A DNA stretch of 57,308 bases, the filler included, from Squatina squatina (taxonomy: Eukaryota), in assembly GCA_031763465.1 (NCBI GenBank). It is 4 parts of 4 records of this genome, joined end to end, with 100 filler letters (N's around TTAATTAATTAA, not from the genome) between each part and the next. Parts side by side here need not be neighbours in the genome. Positions count along the whole stretch, not along the records: positions 1 to 13,835 come from JARFOE010000234.1; positions 13,936 to 27,008 come from JARFOE010000051.1; 2 more parts are not named here. One strand, 5' to 3'. Every line of letters starts with the position of its first letter. The first letter of the stretch is position 1. Position numbers and translations under genes: made by a program. The notes beneath the pieces were generated by a model. The model searched no databases. It saw only the letters and a program-made list of their open reading frames with translations, and was not told the DNA's origin. Shown here piece after piece: positions 12,400 through 24,285 of this stretch.

Positions 12400-13089
12400 G
12401 GGGGCCCAATTGGTCTGTTTTAGTGCCATGGTAGCACCAAAAAGTGGCGCTACCCCAGCGCTAAAGCAGCGCAAGGGTCAATTTTTTAGTTTAGCAGAAT
12501 TGGGCATGGCACCCCGGTGGCGCAAAGGCCTCTTCGCCGGGACATCATCAAGTAGCACGCTGACCCTGTAGCGCTGCCCCATGACCCCTTTTGTAGCGCC
12601 GGCGAGCCACAGCCAGAATTGGACCGCGGCTCACCAGCGAGGCCCGCGTCCTTGGCAACGACAGGCCTGAAAGGTGCAGCGGTAGCGCCACCGGCCGCCA
12701 TTCTTTTCCTTCCGCATCAGCCGATGTTTGGCAGCCGATCGGCCATCAGCGCCACTGCACCCACTTGCCGGCGCACACTCTGGCGCTCTCAGGCCCCAGC
12801 CCGGCTGCCCCACGGCATTTCCGTGCCCCGAGGCTCCACTGCCTCAGTTGGCGGCCTTCCCCTTTCAAGGCAGGGGGCAGGGCCGCGGCCAACGCAAACT
12901 CGCACCCCTCGGGACTTCGTCGGGTCGGCGCCGTGGCAACGCTTAGTTAGCGGTGCTACTTTGCGCTGACCCAGAAATGAGGCAAAGACACCAATTCCAG
13001 GTCGTAACGCGTGCTCCAGGGCCGGCGCAAACTAAACGAGCGGCCTACTAAAGCAGCGCCCTATTCCGGTGCTCTCCAATTGAGTCCAC
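12400..13089. mobile_element. Complete PIF/Harbinger-type MITE
   Basis: TIRs GGGGGCCCAATTGG and CCAATTGAGTCCAC match at 11/14 positions; TAA flanks both ends (12397-99, 13090-92), the PIF/Harbinger target-site duplication. Confidence 0.8.
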
Positions 13090-13249
13090 TAAGAGATTTG
13101 TCTATCTCTCTTGATTTTTTTTTCCTATTTCTCCTCTTTCCCTATTCCCTTCCAACAATAATGAAGAAGCAGGTGGACCTTCCAATGTCGGTCCTCGCCA
13201 TTAGGTTAAACTGTCACATTGGGGAATAGTTGATTATTTATAAAAAAAA

Positions 13250-13500
13250 GTTTGCTGACTTAGCTGACCCCAGCGAGGATGGGGCTGCTAAAATTGCCTG
13301 AAATGCCTCTGGTCGAGGGGAGGAAAGTATCAGCCAGATTGGTGCTATTGATTGCTCCTGTTGGAAGATGCATGCAAGTGGATATTGGATGAAGATTGAA
13401 ATGGGCAGTGCTGTGATGCCCCCTATAGATGAATAAACTGTTGACATTCAGTATCTAGGCTGACACTGGAAGAATTACCACTTGGGCAAGGTATTTTGGA
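13250..13500 (+). mobile_element. Old SINE-like repeat (family not named)
   Basis: gctgacttagctga...gaggggaggaaagtatcagccag...ctgtgatgccc...ctaggctgacac..gaagaattaccacttgggcaaggta; overlaps in sequence with the 40705 copy. Confidence 0.5.
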
Positions 13501-13835
13501 ACCCCAATTGCTATGCCTTCACGCCCGGGTTGCGCCAATCAGCAGCACTACCCGGACGTGAAAGCAGCATAGAGTCAGAAAAATGACACATTGCAGTATT
13601 GGGCCTGGCGCACTGGTGGCGTATAGACCTCGTTGCCAGGGCCGCCATTGGCGCGGGGTTGGACACACGACGTTATAACATCGCGCACTGGCCCCTCTCT
13701 GCCTGCTCTTGACCCACCTGTGCGCCGCGGGGACACTGCCTCTGGAATTGGAGGCCAGCTGACCCGCTATGCCACTGGCGTTGGCAACAACATGTTTCCC
13801 CTGTCGTAGTCAAGGCACTCTAAAGGCGCAGATGT
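13497..13835. mobile_element. Harbinger-type MITE, partial
   Basis: Starts ggaaccccaattg, like the TIR at 12400; GC-rich; truncated by a gap. Confidence 0.6.
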
Positions 13836-13879
13836 NNNNNNNNNNNNNNNNNNNNNNNNNNNNNNNNNNNNNNNNNNNN

Positions 13880-13891
13880 TTAATTAATTAA
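13880..13891. other. Artificial scaffold linker TTAATTAATTAA
   Basis: Flanked by exactly 44 N on each side; gives stops in all six frames; occurs three times in the window. Confidence 0.95.
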
Positions 13892-13935
13892 NNNNNNNNN
13901 NNNNNNNNNNNNNNNNNNNNNNNNNNNNNNNNNNN

Positions 13936-14245
13936 GAAAGAAAGAAATAATTTGCATTTATGCAGCATCTTTCATGACTTCAGGATAACCCAGAGTACTT
14001 CACAGTCGATTGAGTACTTTTTGAAGTGTTGCAATGTAGAGAAATGCAGCAGCCATATTGCACAAAATAAGGTTCCAGAAACAGAAATGAGGGAAATTAC
14101 CAAGCCATCTGTTATTGTAATGCTGGTTGAGGGATAAATGTTGGCCATGGCATCAAATTGAAAGCCTAGATTATGCGCTCAAGTATCTGGAGTGGGGCTG
14201 GAACTCTGAACCTTCTGACTCAGGGGAACGTGCTATCACTGACCT
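13936..14245 (-). mobile_element. Deu-domain SINE, near full length
   Basis: Tail (gaaagaaagaaa..ttgcatttat) through the Deu core to the reverse complement of a tRNA-like head (tggagtggggctggaac..aaccttctgactcagg). Confidence 0.75.
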
Positions 14246-17200
14246 AGCTTCTCTAGTCTATCCACATAACTGAAGTCCCTCATCTCTGGAATTATTCTCG
14301 TAAATCTTTCCTGAAGCCTTCTCTAAGGCCTTCACATCCTTCCTAAAGTGTGGTGCCCAGAATTGGACCAGTACTCCAGATGGGCCCAAACCAGTGTTTT
14401 ATCTAGGTTCATCATAATTTCTGCACTTTTTTACTCTATACCTCTATTTAAGAAGCCCAGGATCCCGTAAGCCTTTTTAACTGCTTTCCCAACCTGTCCT
14501 GCCACCTTCAGAAGTCTGTGCACTCATACCCCCGGTGTCTCTGTTCATGCACCCTCTTTAGGATTGTACCATTTAGCTTATATGTCCTTTCCTCAATCTT
14601 TCTACCAAAATATATCACTTCACACTTTTCTTCGTTAAATTTCATCTGCCACGCATCCGCCCATTTCACCAGACTGTCTACGTCTTCCTGACGTCTATCA
14701 CTCTCCTTCTCACCGTTCACTATACTTCTGCATTTTGTGTCATCTGCAAATTTTGAAATTGTGNNNNNNNNNNNNNNNNNNNNNNNNNNNNNNNNNNNNN
14801 NNNNNNNNNNNNNNNNNNNNNNNNNNNNNNNNNNNNNNNNNNNNNNNNNNNNNNNNNNNNNNNTTCGTAAATTATTTCTGCACCCTCAGGCCTTCACATT
14901 CTTTCCAAAGTGTGGTGCCCAGAATTCGGTACAATACTCCAGTTGAGACTGAAACAGTGTTTTATAAATGGTTATCTATGCCTCTATTTCTAATGCGCAG
15001 GATCCCATATGCTTTTTTAACCTCTTTCTCAACCTGCCCCACCTTCAATGATTTGTGCACATATACCCCAGGTTTCTCTGTTCATTCACCCCCTTTAGAA
15101 TTGCACCCTTTTGGTTTATATTGCCTCTCCTCATCACTTCACACATTTCTGCATTATATTTCATCTGCCACATGTCTGCCCATTTTACCAGCCTGTCTGT
15201 GTCTTCTTGAAGTCTATCACTCACTTTTCACTTGACTAACAAGTTTTGTGTCATCTGCAAATTTTGAAATTGTGCTCAGTACACCCAAGTCCAAGACAAT
15301 ATATATATCAAGAAAAGCAATGATCCTAGTACCGGCCTCTGAGGAACACCACTGTGTACCTTCCTCCAGTCCGAAAAAAAAACATTCAGCACTACTGTCA
15401 CTTCGCCAACTTAGTCTCCATGCTGCCACTGTCCCTTTTNNNNNNNNNNNNNNNNNNNNNNNNNNNNNNNNNNNNNNNNNNNNNNNNNNNNNNNNNNNNN
15501 NNNNNNNNNNNNNNNNNNNNNNNNNNNNNNNNNNNNNNNCTTCATTACATTTCATTGGCCACGCGTCTGCCCATTCCACCAGCCTGTCAATGTCTTCTTG
15601 AAGTCTATCATTATCCTCCTCACTGCTTACTATATTTCCAGGTTTTGTGTCATCTGCAAATTTTGAAATTGTGCCCTGTACACCCCATAGTCATAGATAT
15701 GTATCAAGAAAAGCATTGATTCTTGTATCGACTGGCAAGTCTATTATGTGGCACTTTATCAAACTCCTTTTGGAAGTCCATATGCATCACATCAACCGAA
15801 TTGCCCTCATCAAAAAAACTCAATCAAGTTTGTTAAACATGGTTTGTCTTTAACAAATGTATGCTGGCTTTCCTTAATTAATCCATATTTGTCCAAGTGA
15901 CTGTTAATTTTGTCCCCGATTATCATTTCTAAAAGCTTCTCCACTACCGAGGTTGAACTGACTAGCCTGATGTTGCTGAAGTTATCCTTACACCCTTTTT
16001 TTTGAACAAGTGTGTAACATTTGCAATTCTCCAGTCCTCTGGCACCAGCCCCATATCCAAGGAGGATTGGAAGATTCTGGCCATTACCTCCGCAATTTCC
16101 AATTACTTCCCTCAGCATCCAAAGATGCATCCCATCTGGTCCTGGTGACTTATCTACTTTAAGTACTAAGTTTCTAGTACATAGAAACATAGAAAATAGG
16201 AGCAGGAGTAGATCATTCGGCCCTTCGAGCCTGCTCCGCCATTCAATATGATCATGGCTGTTCGTCTAATTCAGTACACTGTNNNNNNNNNNNNNNNNNN
16301 NNNNNNNNNNNNNNNNNNNNNNNNNNNNNNNNNNNNNNNNNNNNNNNNNNNNNNNNNNNNNNNNNNNNNNNNNNNNNNNNNNACACGTCTATGCTTCTTT
16401 CATGCCTCAGTCATGTAGGCCCCAGCAGATGTATCCTATTATCTCAACTGTCTTGACTTCAAGACCCTTACTGCTGCTTGCCTGTGGTTTCCAAACATTT
16501 CACCTAGTTTTCAGTTGCCCTTATCTTTGCTCATTATTTCAGTTTTGTGAGAAATAATGTTTATGTCTGAAACTGCTGCAGCACTGCTTTTAACATCTTA
16601 GCTTCCCATCATGCCTTGCAATTACCCCAGCTGACTACTGGCATAGCTTCTACCATAACTTCTGCATACATTTAAGGTTTATAGTAACACTACTGCAATA
16701 TCAGCACCTTACATATATTTTAATACTAGGCACGTTGTGTCCTTTTACTATAGCCTCTGCATTTTACACTCGTACCCCTTCTGGTACCACATCAGTGTCA
16801 TCTGCAAATTTTGAAATTGTGCCCTGTATACCCAAGTGCAAGTCATTACTATATATCTAGAAAAGCAGTGGTCCTAGTACCGACCCCTTAGGAACACCAC
16901 TGTATACCTTCCTCCAGTCTGAAAAACTACCGTTCACCACTGTTTCCTGTCACTTAGCCAATTTCATATCCAGGCTGCCACTGTCCCTTTTATTTCATGG
17001 GTTTCAACTTCGCTTGCAAGCCTACTTTGTCGCACTTTAACAAATGGCCTTTGGAAGTTCATGAACACCNNNNNNNNNNNNNNNNNNNNNNNNNNNNNNN
17101 NNNNNNNNNNNNNNNNNNNNNNNNNNNNNNNNNNNNNNNNNNNNNNNNNNNNNNNNNNNNNNNNNNNNNATTTCTCACTTTTGTGTGTTAAATTTCATCT

Positions 17201-17480
17201 GCCACGTGTCCGCCCATTCCACCAGCCTGTGTCCTTTTGAAGCACATCATTCTCCTCCTCACTGTACTTCCAAAGTTTTGTCATCTGCAAATTTTGAAAT
17301 TTTGCCCTGCACACCCATGTCCAAGTCATTAATGTGTATCAAGAAAAGCACTGGTCCTAGAACCAACCCCTGGGGAACACCACTGTACACCTTCCTCCAG
17401 TCTGAAAAACAACCGCGCACCACTACTCGGTTTTCTGTCACTTAGCTAATTTCATATCCATGCTGCCAGTGTCCCTTTTA
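14246..17480 (-). mobile_element. Cluster of decayed CR1-clade LINE reverse-transcriptase fragments
   Basis: Translations [57 protein letters not shown] and CLTNLIEFF, with stops and frameshifts. Confidence 0.9.
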
Positions 17481-17619
17481 TGCCCTCTTGCAATACTGTC
17501 CTGCACTGCTCCAGAACGGAGGCAGATGAGCCAGGCTGACACTTTGATACGTAGGGAGGTGCTGTCCTAGAGATGGCACTTTAAACCAAGAATGGTAAAC
17601 CAAGACCAAGCACACGAGA

Positions 17620-17710
17620 CATGATCAGCCATGATCGTGTTGAATGGCGGTGCAGGCTCGAAGGGCCGAATGGCCTAATCCTGCACATATTTTCTATGTC
17701 TATGTTTCTA
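17620..17710 (+). mobile_element. CR1 LINE 3' end
   Basis: gatcagccatgatcgtgttgaatggcggtgcaggctcgaagggccgaatggcct plus a (tctatg)n tail. Confidence 0.8.
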
Positions 17711-17858
17711 TCATTCTTGATGGATGGTTATAGNNNNNNNNNNNNNNNNNNNNNNNNNNNNNNNNNNNNNNNNNNNNNNNNNNNNNNNNNNNNNNNNNNN
17801 NNNNNNNNNNNNNNNNNNNNNNNNNNNNNNNNNAGTTTTTAAACATATTTATATTTAG

Positions 17859-18002
17859 GTTCCTTGTGGACCAAGAAGAGCAGGAGTGCTCATCTGAGCC
17901 CCACAGCGAAATCTCCCCCACCCCAGGCTCCCTTCCCCAACCAGGAGCCTCATCCCAGTACATATCTTTTGCTGAGGACCATTCCCGCACGATTTATGAC
18001 GG
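17859..18002 (+). CDS. Candidate internal exon of an unidentified protein
   Basis: 144 nt, phase 2-2; acceptor atatttag, donor GG|gtgggc; FLVDQEEQECSSEPHSEISPTPGSLPQPGASSQYISFAEDHSRTIYD. Confidence 0.5.
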
Positions 18003-18589
18003 GTGGGCAGCCGCTTCCCATCAATTACCCAGACCTTACTGCCCAGGAGTTAAACTGAAGCCCACAGTTTCTAATACTTTGCCGATGCCTTAATGGTCGA
18101 TTAGCTGATCTATAATTACATGGCTTATCCTTCCCTTCTTTAATAGGGGCATTACGTTGACTGCTCTCCACCAGTCTCGTGTCACGATTTGTATGTCTAA
18201 GGAATATTGGTGCCAGGGCCTCTGCTATCCTTAGACTACCTTCAAATGCTTTGATTTGGTTTAACAGCATTGATCAGTTTTCAGGAGAGTAAATGAAGAG
18301 TACTCTTCTGGGCGGGAAGGGAGCTCTTTATGAATATTTTGACTCTGTATTGAGGACTGCAGGCCCTGAATTTGCTTCTGTTTCTGCCAATGTAAGTTAA
18401 TTATGCTGCCTATCCTGTTTTCCTGCCCCCCACCATTTGACTTCTGTGTGTACTCATCAGGTTGGCAGCATCTACTTTGATTCAGATATTCTGGGATTGT
18501 GCCTGTGCATCCTCTCCAATATTACTGTGATCAACAGTTTTTTGGTGAGACACATCTGGGGGATTCTTCTCTTCCCTCCTTTTTCCTTT

Positions 18590-18950
18590 TATAGAGTCAT
18601 AAAATCATTATGGCACAGGAGGCTGTTCGGCCCATCGAGTCCATGCCGGCTCTTTCGAGGAACAATCCGGTTAGTCCCACACCCCTCGCTCTTTCCCCAG
18701 ATCCCTGCAATTTTTTCTCCGACAAGTATTTATCCAATTCCACTTTGAAGACTGCTATCTGTATCCCCCACCCAATCAGGCAGGGCATTCCAAATCCTAA
18801 CCACTATATTGCCCTCATCCGCTCTCTCTGTTACCTCATCAAAAAACTCGATTGAGTCAGTCAAAAATGATTTGCCCTTAACAAATCTGTGCTGGTTCTC
18901 CTTTATTAGCCCATGCTCATCCAAGAGGCTGTTAATTTTCTGCCGGATTC
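18590..18950 (-). mobile_element. CR1 LINE fragments (3' end joined to an RT piece)
   Basis: FKVELDKYL, VVRIWNALP and GLIKENQHRFVKGKSFLTDSIEFF motifs. Confidence 0.8.
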
Positions 18951-19406
18951 TTGGCCAGGATTTTAATTTGGAGATGGGTAGGGTGCCAGGGNNNNNNNNN
19001 NGAGACGGGGTTTTCCACAGGTCCTGCTGAATTTAACGGCAGGGCCAGATTAGCATTTCAAAGCATTGATTCCGGCCCACAGCGAGCCAGATGGAGGGGC
19101 TGGTTGGCTGTCCGGCGGGCAGGCCTGTGGCACTAGGCCACAGAGAGGAGAAAGGAAGAGAGTGATTTGAAGTGGGGTCGGATGCTAGGGGAGAATTGTG
19201 GGGGCAGGAGTTTGGGGGGAGATCGGAAGGGTCGGGGGGAGTGGGGTACGATTATGGGGGAATGGCGAGGCAGGGACGCTGTATCTAGCAGGTCAGTGGT
19301 AGAAAGNNNNNNNNNNNNNNNNNNNNNNNNNNNNNNNNNNNNNNNNNNNNNNNNNNNNNNNNNNNNNNNNNNNNNNNNNNNNNNNNNNNNNNNNNNNNNN
19401 NNNNNN

Positions 19407-20116
19407 CAAGGAGGACAGAATTAGAGGAGTGCAGATATCTCGGGAGGTTGTGGGGTTGAAAGAGATTACAGAGATAGGGATGGGTGAGGCCATGGAGGGA
19501 TTTGAAAACAAGGATGAGAAGTTTGAAATCAAGGCATTGATTAACCGGGAGCGAATGGAGGTCAGCGAGCACAGAGGTGATAGGTAAGCAGGACTTGGTG
19601 CTAGTTAGGACACAGGCAGCTGAGTTTTGGATCACCTCCAGTTTACGTAGGGTAGAATGTGCGAGGCCAGCCACGTGTGTGTTGGAATAGTCAAGTCTAG
19701 AAGTAACAAAGGCATGGATGAGGGTTTCAGCAGCGGATGAGCTGAGGCAAGGGCGGAGACGGGCGATGTTACAGGGGTGGAAATAGACGGTCTTAGTTAT
19801 ACAGTGGATATGTGGTCGAAAGCTCACTTCAAGGTCAAATATGACGCCAAGTATGGTTCAGCCTCAGACAAAACTTGGAGAGAGGGATCGAGTCAGTGGC
19901 TTGGTAACGGAGTTTGTAGCGGGGACCGAAAACAATGGCATTGGTCTTTCCAATATTGAATTGGAGAAAATTTCTGCTAATCCAGAACTTGATGTCGGAC
20001 AAGCAATCTGACGATTTAGAGATCGTGGAGGGGTCGAGAGAAATGGTAGTGAGGTAGAGCTGGTTGTCATCAGCGTACATGTAGAAACTGATGCTGTGTT
20101 TTCACATGATGTCGCC
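19407..20116 (-). mobile_element. L2-clade LINE reverse transcriptase, C-terminal part
   Basis: YADDNQLY, NFLQFNIGKT, ETLIHAFVTSRLDYSN, IQNSAA and LADLHSLPV; frameshifted. Confidence 0.9.
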
Positions 20117-20384
20117 NNNNNNNNNNNNNNNNNNNNNNNNNNNNNNNNNNNNNNNNNNNNNNNNNNNNNNNNNNNNNNNNNNNNNNNNNNNNNNNNNNNN
20201 NNNNNNNNNNNNNNNNTCTACAGCCTTCACTGGACCTCCCCGGGAAAGAGAAGAGCTCCGATGCAAAACTCCAACTGTGTGGGGCAGAAAATCGCAAGCA
20301 ATCCAGGACTGTCAGGTAAGTTTTAGATATTTTTGCGATAGGAGGCATGCGCATGCAAGAAGCCTCTGATTGCAAATTCAGGGC

Positions 20385-20560
20385 CATTATCTGGTCATCA
20401 TCTCATTGCTGTTTGTGGGAGCTTGTTGGACACAAATTGACTGCCACATTTCCTACATTACAACAGCGACTACACTTCAACAAAAAAATATATTTCATTG
20501 GCTGTAAAGTGCCTTTGGGACATCCTGAGGTCATGAAAGGTGCTATATAAATGCAAGTCC
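20385..20560 (+). mobile_element. Deu-domain SINE 3' half
   Basis: cattgctgtttgtgggagcttg...tttcctacattacaacagcgactacacttcaa...aaaggtgctatataaatgcaagtc. Confidence 0.8.
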
Positions 20561-22256
20561 TCCCTCCCTCCCCGCGAGCAGGAAGGTCTCTGAGCAACTT
20601 ACAATAAAGAGCAAAGGAATGCAGCATGGGGAATGGAGAGAGTAGGATTGGCAGGGAAAGTAGAGAGGAGGGGAGTGGGAAGGAGAGGGTCAGATTGGTA
20701 ACTGAAAGGGAGGGTTTTGAGAAGGTTTTTCAAAGCATGGAGAGCCTGCAAGGTAGAGGGAACTGGAGAGAGAATTGCAGAGGGCAGTGCAGTAACTGAA
20801 TGGGCAACCACTGAAGACAGAGTGAAGGGAGAAGGAGGTGAGGTGTTAGAGGAAGATATATTTCATGACCATGAATGGTGGTAATTTGAGGCATTGCGAC
20901 CTACTGATCATGCAATTGGACTAGGTATCTGGAGGTCATGGGTTCAAATCCACCATGTTAAGTTGTGAAGTTGGGAATTCATGGGCTGGTACCAGAAAAT
21001 GACCACCCAAGGGNNNNNNNNNNNNNNNNNNNNNNNNNNNNNNNNNNNNNNNNNNNNNNNNNNNNNNNNNNNNNNNNNNNNNNNNNNNNNNNNNNNNNNN
21101 NNNNNNNNNNNNNGCCAACATACCATTTGCCTTCTTAACCGCCTGCTGCACCTGCATGCTTACTTTCAGCAACTGGTGCACAAGGACACCCAGGTGTTTC
21201 TGAACCCATACTTTCTGAACCCTGGTATGTATGTGTCATGTCTTTCAAGCACAATGCTCTTCTCTACAATGCAGATCCCCCGAAGGTTAAGTTAGTAAGT
21301 GCTATACACAGTGGTGTTGGCAGGATTATTTTTCGGGCGGTGTTTGGCAATGAACTGTATTGATTTACTTATCCTACCCCAGGCAGCAAAGTTAATAATT
21401 TGGATGACTTCCATTTGTTTTTTTGGAGAATGATTTCTGGTGAAGTTCAGATGCTTTGGGTTCAATTGACTATTGGACACTGGAATTTTGGTGCTTTCTA
21501 CTAGAATGTCAGTTGATGTTCTATAACAACCCTTTCCACTCACTTCCTCAGCACAGTATAAAAGTCTCTTATTGGGGTCCTGTGTAACAAACCATAAATT
21601 GTTTTTCCTATACTTGCTTTCATTTCTTTCCTTTGTGTTTTATGTGCTTAAGATACGGACCTAGTACTTCTACAGACCTGTCCCCATCTGCTGTCAGATT
21701 CTGCTGAAGTATAATGCAGGAAACATTTGCCACACTGAAAGGTTAGGCCTACGCTTATCTTTAAATGAGAGCACTTAGTCGCAAGAGATTGGCAGTCTTT
21801 GTAGAAGAAATGTCTGCAAGAGTAGATTGTCAGGAGTTCTGAAAAGGAGAAGCTTGCATCCTCGACCTGGCTGACTTGAAATGCAGGGGAGGAAGTGCTG
21901 ATCCGACCCACTGCACCAGCCTGTCTGTAAGAACTATCTGTGCAGTTGATGGCTTTGCTTTGCTACTGGGAGATGAGGGGAAACAATTGCATTGTGATTT
22001 CTAACTACAGCAAAAGCATGTTGAACTGACTTATCTTTATTAAACTGTCGTTTGGTGAAGGGTATAACTGACAACTTTGCCAGACAGAGTAATGTGACTA
22101 GTAACATGCTGCAATCACTAGAGAAGCTGGGGTTGTTTTCCTTGGAGCAGAGAAGANNNNNNNNNNNNNNNNNNNNNNNNNNNNNNNNNNNNNNNNNNNN
22201 NNNNNNNNNNNNNNNNNNNNNNNNNNNNNNNNNNNNNNNNNNNNNNNNNNNNNNNN

Positions 22257-22855
22257 CCATGCTTGACCTGATGTCATGAGACTTTATGGTGTCCGGAGTC
22301 AGTGTTGAGGGCTCCCAGGGCCACTCCCCCCCAACTGTATACCACTGTACTGGTGGGACAGGACATACCCAGGGATGATAATGATGGAGGAGTTTGGGAC
22401 ATTGGTTGAAAGGTATGATTCTGTGAGTATGATAATGTCAGGCTGTTGCTTGTCCAGTCTGTGTGACAGTTCTCCCAAATTTGCTACAAGACCCTAGATG
22501 TTAGTGAGGAGGAATTTGCAGGGTCAACTGGGCTGGGTGTGCTGGTGCCTTGTCTGAATTCAGTGCTGAGGTTGATGCCAGGTGGTCCGTCCGGTTTTAT
22601 TATTATTGTTTTTCCTTGTGGTTTGTTACTACTGAATGGCTTGCTAGGCCATTTCAGAGGGGAGTTAAGAGTCAACCACCTTGCTGTGGGTTTGGAGTCA
22701 CAAATAGGCCAGACCAGGTAAGGACAGCAGATTTCCTTCCCTGAAGGACTTTAGTGAATCAGGTAGGTTTTTATGACGACCATTACTGATAGCTTGTTAT
22801 TTAACTGAATTTAAATTCTCCAGCTGCCATGGTGGGATTTGAACTCACATCTCTG
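22257..22855 (-). mobile_element. LINE 5' region (APE endonuclease start) with a tRNA-like head
   Basis: Near-duplicate of 23628-24070; the minus strand reads gagttcaaatcccaccatggcagctgg, then runs into endonuclease-like coding sequence. Confidence 0.6.
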
Positions 22856-23627
22856 TGCATCTGTTTCCTGATTGCACCGGGCCACGCAATACCAGGTACG
22901 CTTCCACACACACTGGGATCCGTGGGCCATTATGCTGCCCCCTAATACGCAGCATCAAACAGCAAGTTCACATAGAAGGGCTCCATCAGGTAAGTGCACA
23001 TTCTATTCAGATGCTGGCGGGGTACTCCATAGGTATGCCTTCGATCACAAAATCTAGGCGAATATCTCTTTGAATTAGCATTTTTTTTTTCTTATCGCAC
23101 CTTCGTGTAGCATTTTGAGACAATTTTCTATATTAAAGTTACTATATAAATGCAAATTGTTATTGGTATTGTATTTGCAACAATTACCTTGATCCCCGAA
23201 AATGTCTCATCTTTGGGACAAGGGACCGAGGTGACTGCATTGTCACTTTTGATGACCTTGAACTCGAGGGTGAGCTTTTGCCACAGATTAATTTCAATGC
23301 AACAAAATCGAAACTACCTAGGAGCCTATTTTCCTCTCCTAACGCTCCCGTTGCTTAGATGTAAGGCGGGAGACCAGGAAAACCTTTGCAGAATTTAAGA
23401 ATGAATTTAACTCCTGGGCGGTTGGCGAGCAGAACGTACAGGCCTGTTGCCTGAGTGGTGCTGTGAAAGGATCAGTCCATTTTAACAGCTGGACCTCATT
23501 AACATGGATGCGGTGAACTGCCAACAGNNNNNNNNNNNNNNNNNNNNNNNNNNNNNNNNNNNNNNNNNNNNNNNNNNNNNNNNNNNNNNNNNNNNNNNNN
23601 NNNNNNNNNNNNNNNNNNNNNNNNNNN

Positions 23628-24070
23628 TGAGTCTGAGTATGACTGTCAGGCTGTTGCTTGACAGCTCTTCCAATTTTGGCAGAAGTCCCCAGATGTTAAT
23701 GAGAAGGACTTTGCAGGGCCCACTGGGCTGGGTTGGCCATTGTTGTCTGTTGCCAGCGCCGAGGTCGATGCCGAGTGGTCCGTCCGGTTTTATTATTGTT
23801 TCTTGTAGCGTTTGGTACAACTGAGTGGCTTGCTAGGCCATTTCAGAGGGCAGATCGATAAATTTCCTTCCCTGAAGGACATTAGTGAACCAGGTGGGGT
23901 TTTACGGCAAGTTTCATGGTCACCATTACTGACATTAGTTTTTATTCCAGATTTATTTAATTAACTAAATTTAAATTCTCCAGCTGCCATGGTGGGGTTT
24001 GAACTCGTGTCTCTGGATTGTTAGTCCAGGCTTCTCGATTAGTCCCATGACTAAACCACTAAGCTACCGT
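23628..24070 (-). mobile_element. Second copy of the tRNA-headed LINE 5' region
   Basis: Translation KVLLINIWGLLPKLEELS resembles the N-terminal motif of LINE APE endonucleases; the head has a B-box-like gagttcaaaccc. Confidence 0.6.
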
Positions 24071-24285
24071 TCTTCACACCAAGGGTAGCAGGAATCTGGA
24101 ATACTCTTCTCCAAAAAGCTGTTGAGGCTAGGTGAATTGAAAATTTCAAAACTGAGATTGATAGATTTTTGTTAGGGCATTAATAGTTATGGAACCAAGG
24201 TGGGTAGAAGGAGTTAAGATCAGCCATGATCTAATTAAATGACAGAACAGGCTTGAGGGGCTGAAGGGTCTATTCCTATTCCTGT
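24071..24285 (+). mobile_element. CR1 LINE 3' end
   Basis: ggaatctggaa..ttcaaaactgagattgatagatttttg..gatcagccatgatct..aggcttgaggggctgaa. Confidence 0.75.

Noticed and set aside
18461-18544. 84-nt exon candidate VGSIYFDSDILG..
   Set aside because: Phase 0 is incompatible with the phase-2 exon at 17859-18002, and no homology was recognised.
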